From NCBI GenBank assembly GCA_964436465.1, contig CAYTCV010000006.1:523-64522 (forward strand): DNA of 64,000 nucleotides, given 5' to 3'. Position 1 is the first letter of the stretch; every line of letters begins with the position of its first letter. This stretch comes from an uncultured bacterium (GTDB lineage Bacteria; RBG-13-66-14). The notes under the pieces were generated by a model. The model saw only the letters and a program-made list of their open reading frames with translations, was not told where the DNA came from and ran no database searches. Below, one piece after another: positions 35,867 through 44,981 of the stretch. The position numbers and the translations under genes were made by a program.

Positions 35867-37540
35867 CTAGAACAGACCCGTGATGTTGCCGTCCAGGTCG
35901 ATGTCCATGTGCACGGCCGCCGGGTCCTTCGGCAGGCCCGGCATGCGCATGATGTCCCCGGTGAGCGGGACGACGAATCCGGCCCCCGCGGCGACTTGAA
36001 TCTCCCGCACCGTCACCACGAAGTCCTTGGGACGCCCCAGGAGCTTCGGGTTGTCCGAGAGTGAGTTCTGCGTCTTGGCGACGCAGACCGGCAGCCCGGC
36101 GTAGCCGAAGTTCTCGATGGCCTTCAGGTCGCGCTTGGCCCTGGACGTGTAGTCCACGTGCTCCGCGCCGTAGATTTCGTGGGCCACGGTGTAGATTTTC
36201 TTCTCGACGGGCCAGTTCCAGTCGTAGAGCGGCTTGAAATCACTCGTGCAATCCCGGGCGTTCTGCCGGACCAATTCGGCCAGCTCGCGCATCCCGTCGC
36301 CGCCCCTGGCGAAGCCCTCACCCACGGCGGCGGGGACCCCCAACTCCCGGCAGCGGTCCAGGACGACTTTCAGTTCCTCGTCGGTATCGGAGAAGAAACG
36401 GTTTACGCAGACCACGGCCGGCAGCCCGAACTTGGCGATGTTCTCCAGGTGCTTCTCCATGTTGGGCAGCCCGGCCGCGACGGCGTCGGGATTCGGTTCA
36501 ACCAGGTCCTTCTTCTTCACCCCGCCGTGCATCTTCAGCGCCCGGCAGGTGGCCACCAGAACCACCAGGCTGGGGCAGAATTTTCCCGAAACGCACTTGA
36601 TGTCGAAGAACTTCTCCGCGCCGAGGTCGAAACCGAAGCCGGCCTCGGTGACGGCGAAATCGCTGAAGGCCAGGGCCATGCGGGTGGCCAGGACCGAATT
36701 GCACCCGTGGGCGATGTTGGCGAAGGGGCCGCCGTGGATGAAGGCGGGAACGCCCTCGAGAGTCTGCACCAGGTTGGGTCGGATGGCGTGCTTCAGCAGC
36801 ATCGCCATGGCGCCGGCCACGCCGATTTCCCCGGCCAGCACCGGCCTGCCGTCGTAGGTCATTCCTAAAAGGATGCTTCCCAGGCGGCGCTTCAGGTCCT
36901 CGAAATCCTCCGCCAGGCAGAGGATGGCCATGACCTCGCTGGCGGCGGTGATGTCGAATCCGGATTCCCGCGGCACGCCCTGCGTCCGGCCGCCGAGGCC
37001 GATGACGATGTCCCGCAGCTCGCGGTCGTTCATGTCCACCACGCGGCGGTAGGCCACGGTGCGGGGGTCCAGTCCGCTCTCGTCGCCCCGGAAGATGTGG
37101 TTGTCCAGGGCCGCGGCCAGGAGATTGTGCGCCGAGGTGATGGCGTGGATGTCGCCGGTGAAGTGGAGGTTGATGTCCTCCATGGGGATGACCTGGGAGT
37201 ACCCGCCGCCGGCGGCGCCGCCCTTCACGCCGAAGATGGGCCCCAGGGAGGGCTCGCGCAGGGCGCAGGCCGCTTTCTCACCCAGCTTGGCCAGCCCCTG
37301 CACCAGGCCGATGGTCACCGTGGTCTTGCCCTCCCCCGCCGGGGTGGGGGTGATGGCGGAGACCAGGACGAGCTTGCCGGTTTCGCCTCGGAAGCCGCGG
37401 AGGGCGTGGTTGTGGACCTTGGCCTTGTCCCGGCCGTAGAGGTCGAGGTCGTCGGGTCCGAGGCCCAGCCCGGCCGCGACTTCGACTATGGGCCGCGGCT
37501 TCGCCGACTGGGCGATTTCTATATCGGGCGGGAAGGGCAT
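35867..37540 (-). CDS. fhs: Formate--tetrahydrofolate ligase
   Basis: MPFPPDIEIAQSAKPRPI...VSAITPTPAGEGKTTVTIGL...; the internal ATG at 37540 is used. Confidence 0.95.
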   Translation of the reverse strand: MPFPPDIEIAQSAKPRPIVEVAAGLGLGPDDLDLYGRDKAKVHNHALRGFRGETGKLVLVSAITPTPAGEGKTTVTIGLVQGLAKLGEKAACALREPSLGPIFGVKGGAAGGGYSQVIPMEDINLHFTGDIHAITSAHNLLAAALDNHIFRGDESGLDPRTVAYRRVVDMNDRELRDIVIGLGGRTQGVPRESGFDITAASEVMAILCLAEDFEDLKRRLGSILLGMTYDGRPVLAGEIGVAGAMAMLLKHAIRPNLVQTLEGVPAFIHGGPFANIAHGCNSVLATRMALAFSDFAVTEAGFGFDLGAEKFFDIKCVSGKFCPSLVVLVATCRALKMHGGVKKKDLVEPNPDAVAAGLPNMEKHLENIAKFGLPAVVCVNRFFSDTDEELKVVLDRCRELGVPAAVGEGFARGGDGMRELAELVRQNARDCTSDFKPLYDWNWPVEKKIYTVAHEIYGAEHVDYTSRAKRDLKAIENFGYAGLPVCVAKTQNSLSDNPKLLGRPKDFVVTVREIQVAAGAGFVVPLTGDIMRMPGLPKDPAAVHMDIDLDGNITGLF

Positions 37541-37714
37541 GGGACACCTGTATCCAAGACGAGAGTGATTGACCGATACGTTCGTAATCATGGTACAGAT
37601 TCGTGTAAAAAAACAAGGGCGCTCTCCGGGACCGGCTGAGGGCCATGCCGTTTCAACGGCACGGAGGGGGGAGGCTCCCCGCTGCAATTTGGGCATTCAC
37701 TCTGTTTAGCGCCG

Positions 37715-37925
37715 CCTCGGGCCGACCTGAACGGCGCGCCGTCGGTCGGCCTCTTAGGCCCTCGTTGACCGTCGTCGTTTGAAAAAACGTAGGGGCGGGT
37801 GTCCACACCCGCCCGCGATTCAATCCCACCGCCGTGCCCAAAATGTAGGGCGGGGATTTTAACCCCCGCCGTTTTATAAGGCAGCCCTCACCCTCGGTCC
37901 CTCTGCCACGGGGAGAGGGAAACTG
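37715..37925. repeat. REP-like repeat cluster (locus 4, at least four hairpin modules)
   Basis: GGGCCGACCTGAACGGCGCGCCGTCGGTCGGCC; GTAGGGGCGGGTGTCCACACCCGCCC; GTAGGGCGGGGATTTTAACCCCCGCC; CCCTCTGCCACGGGGAGAGGG. Confidence 0.6.
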
Positions 37926-37952
37926 TCGCCCATCAGGTAAGCCCGGTGAGCC

Positions 37953-38432
37953 CTAAAAACGCAGCGCCAGGTTCAGCGTGGGGTAACATTCACCGTTGCT
38001 CGCGACGCCCAGGCCCGGGTAGAGGTCGAGGGAGACGGACTGATGCTCGTTCTTCCACTCGGCCAGGAGCGGGGCGTGTACCAGGCCGCCCAGGTACGCG
38101 GCTCCGGCGAGGCAGCTCCCGATGACCGTCTCGCCGATGCCGGACATAAATCCGGTCATGTTCGACCCGACTATTACAAGCGTAATCCCGCCACCCACGA
38201 GGCCGATTTCCACCACGCCCCAGACCGGCTCCTCGATGAGGAAGTAGCCCAGGCCGGGGACGAGGTTGCCGAAGAGCCCCGCCTCCCATGAGTACTCGGC
38301 GGGAGCCGGCGTTTCCACCGTATCGCCGTAACCTTCGGGGACCGGCACCGGGTCGGCGTGTGCGACGACGAGAAGGAGTAGCGTCAGCAGCGCGTTTAAC
38401 CGCATCATCCGGTGCATCCCCCTTCGATTCAA
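37953..38432 (-). CDS. Secreted/membrane hypothetical protein
   Basis: Signal peptide MMRLNALLTLLLLVVAHA, then a Gly-rich hydrophobic segment. Confidence 0.45.
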   Translation of the reverse strand: MNRRGMHRMMRLNALLTLLLLVVAHADPVPVPEGYGDTVETPAPAEYSWEAGLFGNLVPGLGYFLIEEPVWGVVEIGLVGGGITLVIVGSNMTGFMSGIGETVIGSCLAGAAYLGGLVHAPLLAEWKNEHQSVSLDLYPGLGVASNGECYPTLNLALRF

Positions 38433-38575
38433 CAGCTATTCTCAGACCGGTATAATGGTATTAAATCCTCCAAAGAATGACAATCCGGGGGGAGTTGACC
38501 GTGGGGCGAGGGGTCTGCTACACTTCGGCGGTTGCCATACGGCGTCTCAACCCCACGGTCAGAGGGGAGTAATCC

Positions 38576-38923
38576 TTGTTAACACATCTGGTTTATGCGC
38601 TTTCGGGCGGCGGCGGCGGAGGAGAGGGCGGCGACGGCGGCGGGGGAATCCTCGGCCTCATCCTCCCCTTCGTCATCGTCATCGCCATCTTCTACTTCCT
38701 CATCATCATGCCCCAGCGCAAGAAGGAGAAACAGAAGCAGGCCATGCTCAGCGCCATCACCAAGGGCGACCGCGTGGTGACCATCGGCGGCCTGAAAGGC
38801 ACCGTCGTGGGGGTGGACGACCGGGAGGACTCGGTGACCATCCGCGTATCGGGCGACGTGAAGCTCGAATTCCTTAAGGGCTCCATCGCCCAGGTGATTT
38901 CCAAGGACCGCTCGGCCGAGTAG
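38576..38923 (+). CDS. yajC: Preprotein translocase subunit YajC (TTG start)
   Basis: Single TM helix ILGLILPFVIVIAIFYFLIIMPQRKKEKQ, then ITKGDRVVTIGGLKGTVVGVDD. Confidence 0.8.
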   Translation: MLTHLVYALSGGGGGGEGGDGGGGILGLILPFVIVIAIFYFLIIMPQRKKEKQKQAMLSAITKGDRVVTIGGLKGTVVGVDDREDSVTIRVSGDVKLEFLKGSIAQVISKDRSAE

Positions 38924-38971
38924 CTCGCACCTTTGACCGGCGACCGGCCGGCAACCGAGGAAGGGCGTGAG

Positions 38972-40042
38972 ATGGCTGAAAAAATCCTCGTTATCAACCC
39001 CGGTGCCACCTCGACCAAAATCGCCGTGTACGACGGCGAGAAGATGAGCTTCAGCGAGGTGGTGCGGCATCTGGACGACCAGCTCGCATCCTTTTCGAGC
39101 ATCCTGGACCAGCTGGATTACCGCAAGGGCCTGATTCTCGACGCGCTGAGCAAAATTGGCCTCTCCCCGAAAGACCTCTCCGCGACGGTCGGCCGGGGCG
39201 GGGCCTTCAAGCCCATGGTCTCCGGCGCGTACAAGGTCAACAAGGCGATGGTCTCGGACGTGCAGTCGGGCAACGTGGCCGCCGACCACGCCAGCAATCT
39301 GGGCTGCCTCCTGGCCTTCGCAATCGCCAAGCCCCAGGGCATACCCGCCTTCATCGTGGACCCGGTGAGCGTGGACGAGTTCGACGACGTGGCGCGCTAC
39401 AGCGGGCTGCCCGAGCTGGAGCGCAAGTCCCTGTCCCACGCCCTGAATCTCAAGGCCGTCGCCCGCCGGGCGGCCGAAAAGCTCAAAAAACCCTACGACA
39501 AGCTGAACCTCGTCATCGCCCACCTGGGAACCGGCATCAGTGTCTCCGCCCACCGCCGGGGGAAGATGATAGACGTGAACAACGCCAACGACGGCGGTCC
39601 TTTCTCCCCCCAGCGCGCGGGCGGCCTCCCCACCACCGGCCTCATCAAGCTCTGCTTCTCGGGAAAATACTCCGCCGCCGAGCTCAAGTGCCGCGTCGTA
39701 GGCCAGGGCGGGCTCATGGCCTACCTGGGCACCGACGACATGTTCGAGGTGGACCGCCGCGTGGAGGCGGGCGACACGAAGGCCCGGCAGGTCCTCGGCG
39801 CCATGGCGTACCAGGTGGCCAAGGAGTGCGGCGCCATGGCCGCCGCCCTGGGTGGGAAGCCCGACGCCGTGGTAATCACCGGCGGGGTCGCCAAGAGCAA
39901 GCCGCTCATGGACCTGCTCCAGCCCCGGATAAAATGGCTGGGCGAGGTTCTGGTCTATCCGGGCGAGGACGAGATGGGGGCCCTGGCGCGTGGAACCCTC
40001 CGCGTTCTGCGGGGCGAGGAAAAGGCGAAGGTCTACAGGTAG
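38972..40042 (+). CDS. buk: Butyrate kinase (acetate/butyrate kinase family)
   Basis: MAEKILVINPGATSTKIAVYDG...VIAHLGTGISVSAH...VITGGVAKS. Confidence 0.8.
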   Translation: MAEKILVINPGATSTKIAVYDGEKMSFSEVVRHLDDQLASFSSILDQLDYRKGLILDALSKIGLSPKDLSATVGRGGAFKPMVSGAYKVNKAMVSDVQSGNVAADHASNLGCLLAFAIAKPQGIPAFIVDPVSVDEFDDVARYSGLPELERKSLSHALNLKAVARRAAEKLKKPYDKLNLVIAHLGTGISVSAHRRGKMIDVNNANDGGPFSPQRAGGLPTTGLIKLCFSGKYSAAELKCRVVGQGGLMAYLGTDDMFEVDRRVEAGDTKARQVLGAMAYQVAKECGAMAAALGGKPDAVVITGGVAKSKPLMDLLQPRIKWLGEVLVYPGEDEMGALARGTLRVLRGEEKAKVYR

Positions 40043-40048
40043 ATTTAC

Positions 40049-41056
40049 TTGAATCCAACGGGGCACCCGCGGGTGCCCTTAAATCTATCGGGGAACGGCA
40101 TGGTCGGAGCAACGGCGGAGCGGATGCGGCGGCGGGCCCTCGACCTCCCCGAGCAGCTCGCCTACGAGGTGCCGGGGCCGGACTGCCTCCCCGCGCCAAA
40201 ACGTCCGCCCGGACGCGTCCTCGTCGCCGGAATGGGAGGCAGCGGCGTTTCGGCCAAATTCCTCGAAGCGCTGTCCCATAAAAAACACATTCCCGTCATC
40301 CCCTGGCCCTGGGCGGGTGCTCCGAGTTGGCTTTCCAAAGACGACGCCCTCCTGGCGATTTCCCATTCCGGCGACACCGCGGAGACCCTGTCCGCGCTAC
40401 GGGAGGGATTCGAGAGCGGCGCCGCGACGGTCGGCATCTCCACCGGCGGGAAACTCGGCGGGTTTCTGGTGGAACGGGGCCTACTCCTCCTCACCGTGCC
40501 CGGCGGAATGCCGCCGAGGGCCGCCTTCGGGTATCTTTTGGGAACCGGTCTGCGCGCCGTGGAGCGGCTGACCGGCGAAAAATTCTGGGAACCGGGGGAG
40601 ACCGTGGAGGCGTTGAGGCGTCTGAGGGACGGGCTCTGCGCCGGAGAAACGGACGCGCTGGCCCGAAAGCTGATGGACCGCCCCGTCGTCGTCTACGGCA
40701 CCTGCCCGCTCACCGCCGCCGCCGCGCTGCGCCTGAAGCAGCAGCTCAACGAGAACGCCAAGATGCACGCCTGGGCCGGCTCGCTGCCCGAGGCGGGCCA
40801 CAACGAAATCGAGGGCGCCGGACCCGGTGAGCCGCCGTACCGCCTCTGCCTGACCCTGACCGCCGCGCCGCCGCTGGACGACATCCTCCGGGACGGGGTG
40901 AAAACCATAATCCTCAAGGGCGAGGGACCCAACCCGTTGACCGCCGCGCTGGGCCTGGTACTGCGGGGGGACCTCCTCTCCCTGGCGCTGGCGCGGGAGC
41001 GGGGCGTGGAGCCGGGACCGGTCAGCCGAATCGGGGAGTTCAAGAGGCGGGCCTGA
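40049..41056 (+). CDS. Bifunctional phosphoglucose/phosphomannose isomerase-like SIS-domain protein (archaeal type)
   Basis: VLVAGMGGSGVSAKF....ISHSGDTAETL...; two SIS-like halves. Confidence 0.6.
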   Translation: MNPTGHPRVPLNLSGNGMVGATAERMRRRALDLPEQLAYEVPGPDCLPAPKRPPGRVLVAGMGGSGVSAKFLEALSHKKHIPVIPWPWAGAPSWLSKDDALLAISHSGDTAETLSALREGFESGAATVGISTGGKLGGFLVERGLLLLTVPGGMPPRAAFGYLLGTGLRAVERLTGEKFWEPGETVEALRRLRDGLCAGETDALARKLMDRPVVVYGTCPLTAAAALRLKQQLNENAKMHAWAGSLPEAGHNEIEGAGPGEPPYRLCLTLTAAPPLDDILRDGVKTIILKGEGPNPLTAALGLVLRGDLLSLALARERGVEPGPVSRIGEFKRRA

Positions 41057-41125
41057 GCCCGCTTTTTTCTTGCGAAAGCGCCCGTCCCCGGCTACACTTA
41101 TACGGATTCAGCTCGAAGGAGAGCC

Positions 41126-41746
41126 ATGCCCCGCCTCGTACCCGCCCTCATCCTGTTGTCCACGCTCTGTTCCCTCGCGGCCGAGGACGAGGTCCTGCCC
41201 GGCTCGCCCGGACACATCGTCATCCCCGCCGAGACGCACTCGGGCGGCGTCGCCACGGGGATTTATTACGGCGGGCGCTTCGGCTTCTTCCTCCCCTTCT
41301 CCCAGGAGAACTACCTCCACTTCGACTCGCTGGCCTGGCGCTTCGAGGGCTTCGTCAATCTCGAAGGCGGCGACTGGAAGGCCATGGCCTCGCTGGGCTT
41401 CTACCTCGGCGATGTGGAGCACAACCCGGACTTCGACAACACGCCGAGCTTTTTCGTGGTGCCCTTCTCCCTGGGGGCGTACTACGAGTTCGGGGGGGAC
41501 TTCAGCCCCTATGTAGGCGGCGGCGTAGGCTTTACCGTCTTCAACATGGGCGAACGGCTATTGGCCGGGGGCGGCCGCGAGGACGGCTTCACCGAACTCC
41601 TGTTCATGCCCCACCTGGCCGCCGGTCTGGATTTCTTCCGCGAGAAAAATTTCCGCCTGAACGCCGAGCTGCGGCTGGAGCTGGCCTGGAGCGGCGAGCT
41701 GGCCCAGGTCGGCGGGTTCTCCCTCCTCTTCGGCCTCGCATTGTAA
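41126..41746 (+). CDS. Small outer-membrane beta-barrel protein (OmpW/OmpA-like barrel)
   Basis: Signal peptide, alternating hydrophobic beta-strand pattern, C-terminal SLLFGLAL (aromatic/hydrophobic-terminal barrel signature is weak). Confidence 0.5.
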   Translation: MPRLVPALILLSTLCSLAAEDEVLPGSPGHIVIPAETHSGGVATGIYYGGRFGFFLPFSQENYLHFDSLAWRFEGFVNLEGGDWKAMASLGFYLGDVEHNPDFDNTPSFFVVPFSLGAYYEFGGDFSPYVGGGVGFTVFNMGERLLAGGGREDGFTELLFMPHLAAGLDFFREKNFRLNAELRLELAWSGELAQVGGFSLLFGLAL

Positions 41747-41769
41747 GGTGCGGTTCGTGGTGCGGGGCG

Positions 41770-41915
41770 TTTCCCCTCTCCCTGTGGGAGAGGGGTCAGG
41801 GGTGTGGGCTACCTTTAAAATCGGGCCGACCTGAACGGCGCGCCGTCGGTCGGCCCCTACATCATCGCAATAGTGGTGTAAAACGGCGGGAAAATGATTT
41901 CCCGCCCTGCATTTA
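41770..41915. repeat. REP-like repeat cluster (locus 5)
   Basis: CCCCTCTCCCTGTGGGAGAGGGG; GGGCCGACCTGAACGGCGCGCCGTCGGTCGGCCCCTACATCATCGCA; GGCGGGAAAATGATTTCCCGCCCTGCATTT. Confidence 0.55.
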
Positions 41916-41938
41916 CCGCAACGGTACGGCCCGAATCC

Positions 41939-42262
41939 CTACGGCGACGGCTGGGGGTTCATGGAGATGCGGCCGTGCAGGTCGTCGGGAGCCAGGAGGA
42001 CCAGGATAACCTTGCCGTCCCGGCTCAGGTTGGCCGTGGTCAGCGTCACCTCGGTGTAGTCGAACCGGGGCAGCAACTTCTGGATGGTCTCCAGCTGGGC
42101 CGTGGTGAACTCGACGACCGCGCCCCGCCCCTTGGCGTTGTTGACCGCGTTGAGCTGGGCGTTGGTTAGCGTGAGGGTGACCTCGTACCGCCGGTCCTCG
42201 GCCCATGAAACGGCCACGAGGACGAACAGCAGCGCCACGATTAAGAATTTCGCGACTTTCAT
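41939..42262 (-). CDS. Small secreted protein, paralog 1 (107 aa)
   Basis: Signal peptide MKVAKFLIVALLFVLVAVSWA; 45% identical to the gene at 42437-42763; C-terminus ...NPQPSP. Confidence 0.6.
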   Translation of the reverse strand: MKVAKFLIVALLFVLVAVSWAEDRRYEVTLTLTNAQLNAVNNAKGRGAVVEFTTAQLETIQKLLPRFDYTEVTLTTANLSRDGKVILVLLAPDDLHGRISMNPQPSP

Positions 42263-42307
42263 CGTCCCTCCCTCCCTGTGTTCCGTTTGCTTCTCATCGA
42301 TTGATAC

Positions 42308-42336
42308 ATAATAGGCGGACCACAGCGGAACGTCAA
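42308..42336 (-). promoter_or_regulatory. Sigma70-like promoter for paralog 1 (TTGACG-17-TATTAT)
   Basis: On the minus strand, TTGACG (42336-42331), 17-bp spacer, TATTAT (42313-42308). A conserved leader GTATCAATCGATGAGAAGCA...GGAGGG precedes the ATG. Confidence 0.5.
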
Positions 42337-42436
42337 CCGGGATACGAGTCGCCGGTCGGAATACGTTTTCGGTCGGTACGCAGGAAAAGGCGGGTGTGAA
42401 TACCCGCCTCCACGTCGAAGCCTTCCGTCCGACGGC

Positions 42437-42763
42437 CTAGGGAGAAGGCTGCGGGTTGGCCTCGAAGAGCCGTCCGCGCGCGTCGTCTAACACCTGGATG
42501 ACGAGCAGGATTTTACCGCTCCGCCCGATGATGGCGGATGTCAGCGTCATCTCGGTCAGGTCGAAATCCGACACGACGTCCTTGATGGCGGTGAGCTGGG
42601 CCGCGGTGAATTTCACGACGACATTCCGCCCGTAGCCGCCCTTGACCGCCTTAACCTGCTCGTTGGTCAGGTCGAGTGTCACCTCGTACCGTTTCTCCTC
42701 GGCCCAGGCGACGAGGACGACAAGCAGGAGCAGCACCACTATCAGGTATCTCGAAACGTTCAT
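42437..42763 (-). CDS. Small secreted protein, paralog 2 (108 aa from MNVSRYL)
   Basis: Start chosen by alignment to paralog 1; signal peptide MNVSRYLIVVLLLLVVLVAWA. Confidence 0.6.
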   Translation of the reverse strand: MNVSRYLIVVLLLLVVLVAWAEEKRYEVTLDLTNEQVKAVKGGYGRNVVVKFTAAQLTAIKDVVSDFDLTEMTLTSAIIGRSGKILLVIQVLDDARGRLFEANPQPSP

Positions 42764-42809
42764 CGTATCCCCCTCCTGTGTTTCCATTCTGCTTCTCATC
42801 GATTGATAC

Positions 42810-42839
42810 ATAATAGACGGAAGTCGGGCGGAACGTCAA
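42810..42839 (-). promoter_or_regulatory. Sigma70-like promoter for paralog 2 (TTGACG-18-TATTAT)
   Basis: A duplicate of the paralog 1 promoter/leader, with about 85% identity over about 70 nt. Confidence 0.5.
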
Positions 42840-42899
42840 CCGCGGATACTGAACGGGGTGCGCCCGGTGCGCACCCCGTCGTTTAATGGCGCGACGGCC

Positions 42900-44300
42900 T
42901 CAGAGGGTGAAATACCCCGCCGTGTCGTGGGCGTATCCTGTGGGGAGGAAGGCGCCGGTGGCCTCGTCCTGCGTGTATTCGAGCCGCGGGCCTTTTTCCG
43001 CCAGGCGCGCCAGCTCGGCGAGGAAGTGGGAAACATCCTCCTCGTCGTTGTAGATACCAAGGCTGGCCCGCACCATGCCGGGAATGCGGCGCCGGTCGCC
43101 GGCCAGCATCTCCCCCGTTTTCCGGGTTAAATTTTCCCCCGTGAGAGATAACAGCTCGAAGACGTAGGGCTGGGTGCAGAAGCAGCCGTTGCGGACCCCT
43201 ATTCCCCCCTCGAAGGCCAGGACGGCGGCGACGAGCGGATGCGGTATGCCCTCGAGATTGAAGCTGACCACCCCCAGCCGCCCCTCGGGCGCCGTCGTAT
43301 CGGGCGAGCCGTAGATGGTGACGCCGGGCACCGCGCGCACGCCGTCGAGCAGCCGTTTCGTCAGTTCCAGCTCGTGGCGCCGGATGGCGTCGAATCCGAT
43401 GGCGAGCAGGGCCTTCGCCGCCGCAGCCATGGCGACTGCGCCGACGACGTTGGGCGTGCCGGCCTCCAGCAGGCCGGGCATGTCGGCCCACACTACTTCC
43501 CCGCGGGTGACGAGCTTCACCGTGCCGCCGCCCCGGCAGGCCGGACCACAGGAGCTGAAAGCGTCCTTCCGTCCGATGAGCGCCGCGCCGCCGTACGGGG
43601 CATACATCTTGTGCCCGGCGATGACGACGTAGTCGAGATGCGCCCCCGGCTCGCCGGGTTCCATTTGGATGGGCATGTGTGGGGCGAGCTGGGCGCCGTC
43701 CGCCAGAATCCGCACCCCGTTCGCGTGGGCGATTTTCGCCAGCTCGTGAATCGGGTACACCTGCCCGGTGACGTTGCTCGCCCCGCTGACCGCCATGAGC
43801 GCCAGACGTCCGGAGAGGCCCTCCACCAGCTTGCGCGTGGCCGCCAGGTCGACGGCGCCCCCCGCGGAAACGGGAAGATACTTGAGCTCGGCGTACCGCC
43901 GCCAGGGCAGGTCGTTGGAGTGGTGCTCCAGCGGGCTTACCAGGACCACGGCATCCTCGGGGTAGGCCATCGAGCAGGCCAGCCGGTTGACCGCCTCGGT
44001 GGTGTTGCAGGTGAACACAGCGGTGTAGTCGCCGTCTCCGGCGCCGACGAAGTCGAGAATGACCTCGCGCGCCCGCTCGTAGGCGTGCGTGGCCACGGCG
44101 CTCTTGAAGCCGGTGCCGCGGTGGATGGAGGAGTACCAGCCGACTAGCTCGTTAACCTTGTCCCGCACCGGGGCCAGGGCCGGGGTGCTGGCGGCGTTGT
44201 CCAGATAGACGTACCGTCGTGTTCCGCCCGTGGCCAGTGGAACTTGTTTATCCCACCCGACCACGTGCTCGCGGATGGTGGCCAGTGATAATTCCGACAA
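42900..44300 (-). CDS. Class V aminotransferase-fold PLP enzyme (cysteine desulfurase-like)
   Basis: YLDNAASTP...; VIAGHKMYAPYG, a candidate PLP-Lys; size and layout like SufS/NifS-like enzymes. Confidence 0.75.
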   Translation of the reverse strand: MSELSLATIREHVVGWDKQVPLATGGTRRYVYLDNAASTPALAPVRDKVNELVGWYSSIHRGTGFKSAVATHAYERAREVILDFVGAGDGDYTAVFTCNTTEAVNRLACSMAYPEDAVVLVSPLEHHSNDLPWRRYAELKYLPVSAGGAVDLAATRKLVEGLSGRLALMAVSGASNVTGQVYPIHELAKIAHANGVRILADGAQLAPHMPIQMEPGEPGAHLDYVVIAGHKMYAPYGGAALIGRKDAFSSCGPACRGGGTVKLVTRGEVVWADMPGLLEAGTPNVVGAVAMAAAAKALLAIGFDAIRRHELELTKRLLDGVRAVPGVTIYGSPDTTAPEGRLGVVSFNLEGIPHPLVAAVLAFEGGIGVRNGCFCTQPYVFELLSLTGENLTRKTGEMLAGDRRRIPGMVRASLGIYNDEEDVSHFLAELARLAEKGPRLEYTQDEATGAFLPTGYAHDTAGYFTL

Positions 44301-44399
44301 TGCCTCTCCTTGATTTTCCCGCTCTATGCGAATTGGGACCTTGGCCTCGCGCCGCCGACGGATTATAATCTGTGGAAAACACCCCGGAGGTTTACCCGA

Positions 44400-44930
44400 A
44401 TGCTCCGCCGCCCACTCTTACCGCTGCTCCTGGCATTCCTCCCCGCCTCGGCCCTGACGCTGGAGCTGGACGGGCTGAAGGTGGACCTCGATGCTCCCGA
44501 CGGAACGGAGAGCTACACCTACAAATCGGGCCATATCCTGCTCCTGCGGCCCGAAGGCGAGGCGCTGGGAGTCATCTACATCTACTCCGCGGGGGAATCC
44601 GGTTACTGTTTCGAGGAAATCACGTCCTTCTACGAGGGCGAGGCCAACGCCTTCCTGGGGGATATGCTCGCCGACCTCCGCCGGGCCGTGAACTCGGGTG
44701 AGCGGGGGCCCGCCTTCCACTGGGGCGGCTACAACCGGACGAGCGCCAAGGGCACTCCCATCGCCTCCGCCGATTACTTCAACTTCGGCTACTACAACCT
44801 GGACAGCCTGCTCCTCGTCGGGAAAAATCTCGTCCACGTGGACTGCTACTGCCACGAGGACCAGGCCGAGGCCTTCCGGGAGGCCGTTCTGGCCACGCTC
44901 GCCACCCTCACCGAGCACGTCGGGGCGTGA
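44400..44930 (+). CDS. Secreted hypothetical protein (176 aa)
   Basis: Signal peptide MLRRPLLPLLLAFLPASA; contains a CYCHED cluster; no family recognised. Confidence 0.5.
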   Translation: MLRRPLLPLLLAFLPASALTLELDGLKVDLDAPDGTESYTYKSGHILLLRPEGEALGVIYIYSAGESGYCFEEITSFYEGEANAFLGDMLADLRRAVNSGERGPAFHWGGYNRTSAKGTPIASADYFNFGYYNLDSLLLVGKNLVHVDCYCHEDQAEAFREAVLATLATLTEHVGA

Positions 44931-44943
44931 CGCGGGTCTTTCC

Positions 44944-44972
44944 GTCGGATGATAAAAAAAGGTGGGGTCATC
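44944..44972. terminator. Bidirectional rho-independent terminator
   Basis: AAAAAAAGGTGGGGTCATCCCACCTTTTCT lies between convergent genes. Confidence 0.6.
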
Positions 44973-44981
44973 CCACCTTTT

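Noticed and set aside
38576-38640. The Gly-rich run SGGGGGGEGGDGGGG at the YajC N-terminus as a possible frameshift or low-complexity artefact.
   Set aside because: E. coli YajC also has a roughly 20-aa Ala/Gly-rich segment before its TM helix, and the downstream YajC core is intact.
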